A stretch of 38,784 nt of DNA from a virus. Taxonomy: Duplodnaviria; Caudoviricetes. Of the stretch, positions 36,401-38,784 are shown one piece after another. The first letter of the stretch is position 1, and each line of letters begins with the position of its first letter. The DNA is taken from the IMG/VR virus record IMGVR_UViG_3300048762_000230, positions 1 through 38,784 of that record; one strand, given 5' to 3'. A model generated the notes under the pieces. That model was not told where the DNA came from and did no database searches. It worked only from the letters and a program-made list of their open reading frames with translations. The position numbers were made by a program, and so were the translations under genes.

Positions 36401-37371
36401 ACGGCACTTCGCTGGGGGGTTTTCCGGCCCTGGAATGGTGCGCGCTCAACGATGTGCGCGCCGCCGTTGAAGCCCTCGGTTTTCACTTTTCATACCAGGA
36501 AATCGTTATCCCGCTCGCCCTTGAGTATTGGGAGGATCCCTGCAGCATCAGCATGCGGACGATCCCCGGAAACCTGAATCAGAGCCAGGTATATAACACA
36601 TCCCTGGGCGGTTGCTGCAACAGCCCGGCCGTCTTCTTGAGTGAATTGATCGCCTACTGCACTGGACCCCAGAGCAGCGTGTCTGACAGCGCGGCGGGTT
36701 TCAACTCCGCGCTGTTGAAGTTTGTGCAGACCACGGACAGTTCAAAAGCCCTTTGGAAAACAATTTTGGCGGGTGCGCCGCCCATTACCGTGTTCTCGGC
36801 GCAGGTGAGAAACCTGCATTCACCAATTTATACGTGGGACGCAACTGGTGTGCAGTTCTTCACATGGGAAAAACCGGTGGCGCTCGATTTATTCGTCCTC
36901 ACCGTCGGAACGGTGCCGTCTGTCCTCTCTCAGATGGCGGAGTATGGGATTGAGTTTCAGCCAACCGTCAGAAATGCCTCAGATTTTCTGCAAATGACTG
37001 AGACTGACGGCTCGATCTTTGACCAGTTGAACTGCTTCGCCATCAACATTGTCGCCTCATCAGGCCTGACTGTTTTCTCCAGCCCGGTATTGCTGGTGGG
37101 ATCTGGATTTTGGAGCATTCAGACCGATTACTGGGGCCTGGGCACCGTGGAGCGTTATTCAGAGCCGGCCGCCGGGTTCAGCCCCTGGATCTGGGTGTCA
37201 GCGCCCGCAAACAAGATAATCCCCCTCGCACCCGGTCTGAACATTATTTCTCCTGGGGCTCAAAATGTGAAATATTCCGCCTGTTTTAACCTCACTCAAG
37301 CACTCATATCGCTTGGCGATTCTGCCTCATCAAGTGACAGCGCCAGCGGTTCAACCTCAGCATCGTCATGA
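33466..37371 (+). CDS. Large tail/receptor-binding protein (about 1300 aa)
   Basis: Size and position; KGTWNAATNTP..VGDYYQVSIAGT..IGDYAYYNGTAW fibre-type module; no signal peptide. Confidence 0.65.
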   Translation: MAALIPYLKGGESASASYMNALFGALDAKLTAILSGKSFFLAQELAMPVKFCGKIFCFTSGTPLYAGRAPAVVSTAYNHAPFTAAAAAFASSVSPWDETNKIAIIPEVASSYYTSAGVPQELGVRGYPISTFFDWSLEAHHYMHQGSNDTAPVPYYIQEAQIVSSPLYLCPIHPPEKHLRFALAEIVIEGPTSVTLPANYDKYSCFRVHNLNSVAVTVNFGGAYTLTLQPFQTACVRRDSPTANYRRSAFNYFFQFEGGDPRFYWFMPTICDVGNYNEALMATGSQVSNSMQANNLSNPACLHDWVQYFLRDMSTWGGVDNAAVDRWYAGWQQDPSIQCDIHPLYPAAFGDPGNPATLLGDLLHHQGKIVIKRTATVPDPITGIKAETWDSVQFNGYTTIVADFAAKLLTVAPNSAGDLVITNADTNNDVLLIPIGTNMFKSFTNAGSGVTGTEVHPSSIALAANTPSSNFTIENAIFENPNYQNLTATPAQQIFQPALATATNQRTWTQVTTYPVSGPLVGTPVVVSGPDSQTLDWTHARATAKTLHGIHQITVAQILQLDWWGDPAAGNQQSTYVSISKRSLQLTPEGLVLLYIETDSTIQPVSGGTGAQLNNWAAAKIGLPICKQIKFRSHGWGYVSAENGSLDTGFLSPQFGRYLCGTNFTGEILAPAGADFSLPTLSVIQNSIQVLTKIRTGDLSHVQGGRFWQTNAPGGDSLDTFVEGSDTPIATPAPIAMALLAEMYNAMARAVNAITSGCALSWRTLRWNITTGGVTKTVSLSGAAGDWGLLPLANRTRLQGKGTWNAATNTPDITSGPTVGDYYQVSIAGTFAGKSFSIGDYAYYNGTAWLQLLQAGPQDGSKAYTLPMAAFTVFNPGSDYAALCTLLSIPVNSVLPGGLDTAGDSQPFSYFVSKQIVPAMIETTFTWNGGAFACSSVDSYGNFTATGTFTSSWSATLLSAADTKSRWPTYPGAVGVTLDGTSLGGFPALEWCALNDVRAAVEALGFHFSYQEIVIPLALEYWEDPCSISMRTIPGNLNQSQVYNTSLGGCCNSPAVFLSELIAYCTGPQSSVSDSAAGFNSALLKFVQTTDSSKALWKTILAGAPPITVFSAQVRNLHSPIYTWDATGVQFFTWEKPVALDLFVLTVGTVPSVLSQMAEYGIEFQPTVRNASDFLQMTETDGSIFDQLNCFAINIVASSGLTVFSSPVLLVGSGFWSIQTDYWGLGTVERYSEPAAGFSPWIWVSAPANKIIPLAPGLNIISPGAQNVKYSACFNLTQALISLGDSASSSDSASGSTSASS

Positions 37372-38543
37372 AGATCAAGATCATTGGACTCAGCCTTTTG
37401 CTTGCCTCTGCCGCCGGCGCGCAGATCACAAATATGAACAACGGGGCCTATCAAGGCGACCCAACCGCCGGCAGCGTCTGGTCCGCCCTGCAGACGGGGA
37501 ACGCTGATTTCGACTGGATAGGAGCCCAGCTCGCCGCCCTGCCTGATGCCCAGACCAATTCCGTGCTCAACAGTTTCAAGAATCCGCTTTGGTCCACCAA
37601 CAGCATCAGCTTCGCCACAACGAACTGGGTCATCTTGCCTGTCTCGGTCACGAACTACGCCGGCACGACATTCTCTTACGCCCAAGGAGGCGGCCTGACG
37701 TTCAATTATTCAACGGACGGCGGGGCGTCCTGGTGGCCGGACTCCGGCACTCTCATCACCAACATCCCGGTGATGCTCGCTTTCACGAACGTCAACCAGG
37801 GTGCCTTTGCGCCATCCATCCCTGCCATCCTCACCAATCTGACGATTTACGTCCAGACCAGGCCGGATCTGTTCGCCAAGAGCAATTCTGTCATCGGGCA
37901 GGATTTCATGGTTGGAACCCCATTGGGGCCGAATGACGCCACGCCCAAGAGTTATGTGGACGGGCTGATGCAGGCCACGCCCTGGTGGAGCGCCCCACAA
38001 TCGGTCCAACTGAACGGATACCCGCTGAATTTCAATCCAATCTGGCAGGTAAGCAGCGCCACGAACAGTGCCTCAATCACGTGGAATTACATTGGAACTC
38101 CAGCCGTCAGCATTTCCGGGCCTGCGGCGACCTACGCCAGTGTAAGCAACATTCTCGTCAAGACCAATTGGGTGTTTTTGCTGGTGAGAACCAACAGCGT
38201 CACCAGTCCAATCATTCCCCAATACACCGCTTCGCTTTTGCAACAGAGTTGGCTGACTGTTCCGGCCTACACCAGCACGTACCCATTTTTCACGAACGGG
38301 CTTTACACCGTGACGTTCCCGATACCCAATCCGAACGCGGCATTCATCAGGTTGGCCTTCTTTCCTCCTGGGGCTGCCGTATTGAGTTCCTTCGGGTCGT
38401 TGTGGCAAACTCTATCGACCGTCACCAACTCGACGGACTCAACGGCTGGGTGGGGGGCTGGGGTGATGAAGTGGGACACGAACTATATTTACGTGTCGGT
38501 GGGAACGAATCAGTGGAAGCGGGCAGCCCTGAGCACCTGGTGA
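37368..38543 (+). CDS. Tail-fibre-like protein with Sec signal peptide
   Basis: MKIKIIGLSLLLASAAGA|Q; NDATPKSYVD; C-terminal WDTNYIYVSVGTNQWKRAALSTW. Confidence 0.7.
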   Translation: MKIKIIGLSLLLASAAGAQITNMNNGAYQGDPTAGSVWSALQTGNADFDWIGAQLAALPDAQTNSVLNSFKNPLWSTNSISFATTNWVILPVSVTNYAGTTFSYAQGGGLTFNYSTDGGASWWPDSGTLITNIPVMLAFTNVNQGAFAPSIPAILTNLTIYVQTRPDLFAKSNSVIGQDFMVGTPLGPNDATPKSYVDGLMQATPWWSAPQSVQLNGYPLNFNPIWQVSSATNSASITWNYIGTPAVSISGPAATYASVSNILVKTNWVFLLVRTNSVTSPIIPQYTASLLQQSWLTVPAYTSTYPFFTNGLYTVTFPIPNPNAAFIRLAFFPPGAAVLSSFGSLWQTLSTVTNSTDSTAGWGAGVMKWDTNYIYVSVGTNQWKRAALSTW

Positions 38544-38597
38544 GCCTTCGCGGCCTCTCCGCGCTCATTACGCGGCGATCTCGCTGGGGTGCCGCGA

Positions 38598-38667
38598 GGT
38601 TACTTTGTGACCGGTTTTCGGTTACTTTATGACCCATTCCAGGGCCTCGTACGACCCATTCTGAACA
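38598..38667. repeat. Putative right end (attR): three direct repeats at 22-bp period, then terminal CA
   Basis: GGTTACTTTGTGACCGGTT (38598), GGTTACTTTATGACCCATT (38620), GGGCCTCGTACGACCCATT (38642), then CTGAACA. Confidence 0.7.
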
Positions 38668-38678
38668 TTACCGGGTCT

Positions 38679-38783
38679 TTACGCCAGGTAACGATCCGCC
38701 GGATTCAATGCCGCGTAGTGAACTTCCAGAATGACCTCGCCTTCCCGCGAGACCGGATCCGGCACGTCGGCCAACCGCAGTCC
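38679..38783 (-). pseudogene. Truncated host MDR (zinc-binding dehydrogenase/quinone oxidoreductase) N-terminal fragment
   Basis: Minus strand GLRLADVPDPVSREGEVILEVHYAALNPADRYLA*, the GroES-like ADH_N motif, stopping at the phage border. Confidence 0.7.
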
Positions 38784-38784
38784 G

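Larger units (their letters stand above)
1..38667 (+). mobile_element. Mu-like transposable prophage (left end not visible in window)
   Basis: Repressor/Ner switch, DDE transposase + AAA ATPase, Gam, DUF3486/terminase/DUF935 portal/MuF/gpG/protease/capsid/gp36 in Mu order; terminal repeats ending in CA; host gene fragment beyond. Confidence 0.95.

Noticed and set aside
33466-38543. Diversity-generating retroelement or invertible tail-fibre segment
   Set aside because: No reverse transcriptase, invertase, TR/VR pair or flanking inverted repeats seen
38598-38660. CRISPR mini-array
   Set aside because: 22-bp period leaves no room for spacers; fits transposase-binding sites better
38736-38784. 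Partial matches to the late-promoter repeat (CGCCTTCCCGC, CCGCAGTCCG) suggesting a third, Pmom-like copy
   Set aside because: The 9-bp period is broken and the matches lie in the host MDR coding fragment beyond the phage end

Overview
Near-complete Mu-like (transposable) prophage, most likely with a non-contractile tail. Gene order: repressor divergent from a Ner-like gene with an operator between them; DUF3102, DDE transposase, MuB-like ATPase, then a semi-essential region (AP2, GemA-like, DnaA-C, Gam, Xis-type HTH, DUF5131, ASCH). Next come an atypical lysis block, terminase, portal, MuF, gpG, protease/scaffold, capsid and decoration protein, FkbM methyltransferase plus GT-A glycosyltransferase, head-tail adaptors, a block of signal-peptide proteins, tail tube, frameshifted chaperones, a short tape measure and tail-tip/fibre genes. 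The right end (three 22-bp-period repeats ending in CA at about 38667) abuts a truncated host MDR dehydrogenase fragment; the left end is not visible. The most striking features are (1) Sec-signal-bearing, TN-dipeptide-rich, tail-fibre-like proteins in the tail operon, (2) a glycosyltransferase/methyltransferase pair inside the head operon, (3) a MuF with a C-terminal HExxH domain and a candidate immunity gene, and (4) a duplicated late-promoter element with 9-bp periodicity. All calls come from motif recognition and synteny by eye; no searches were run.
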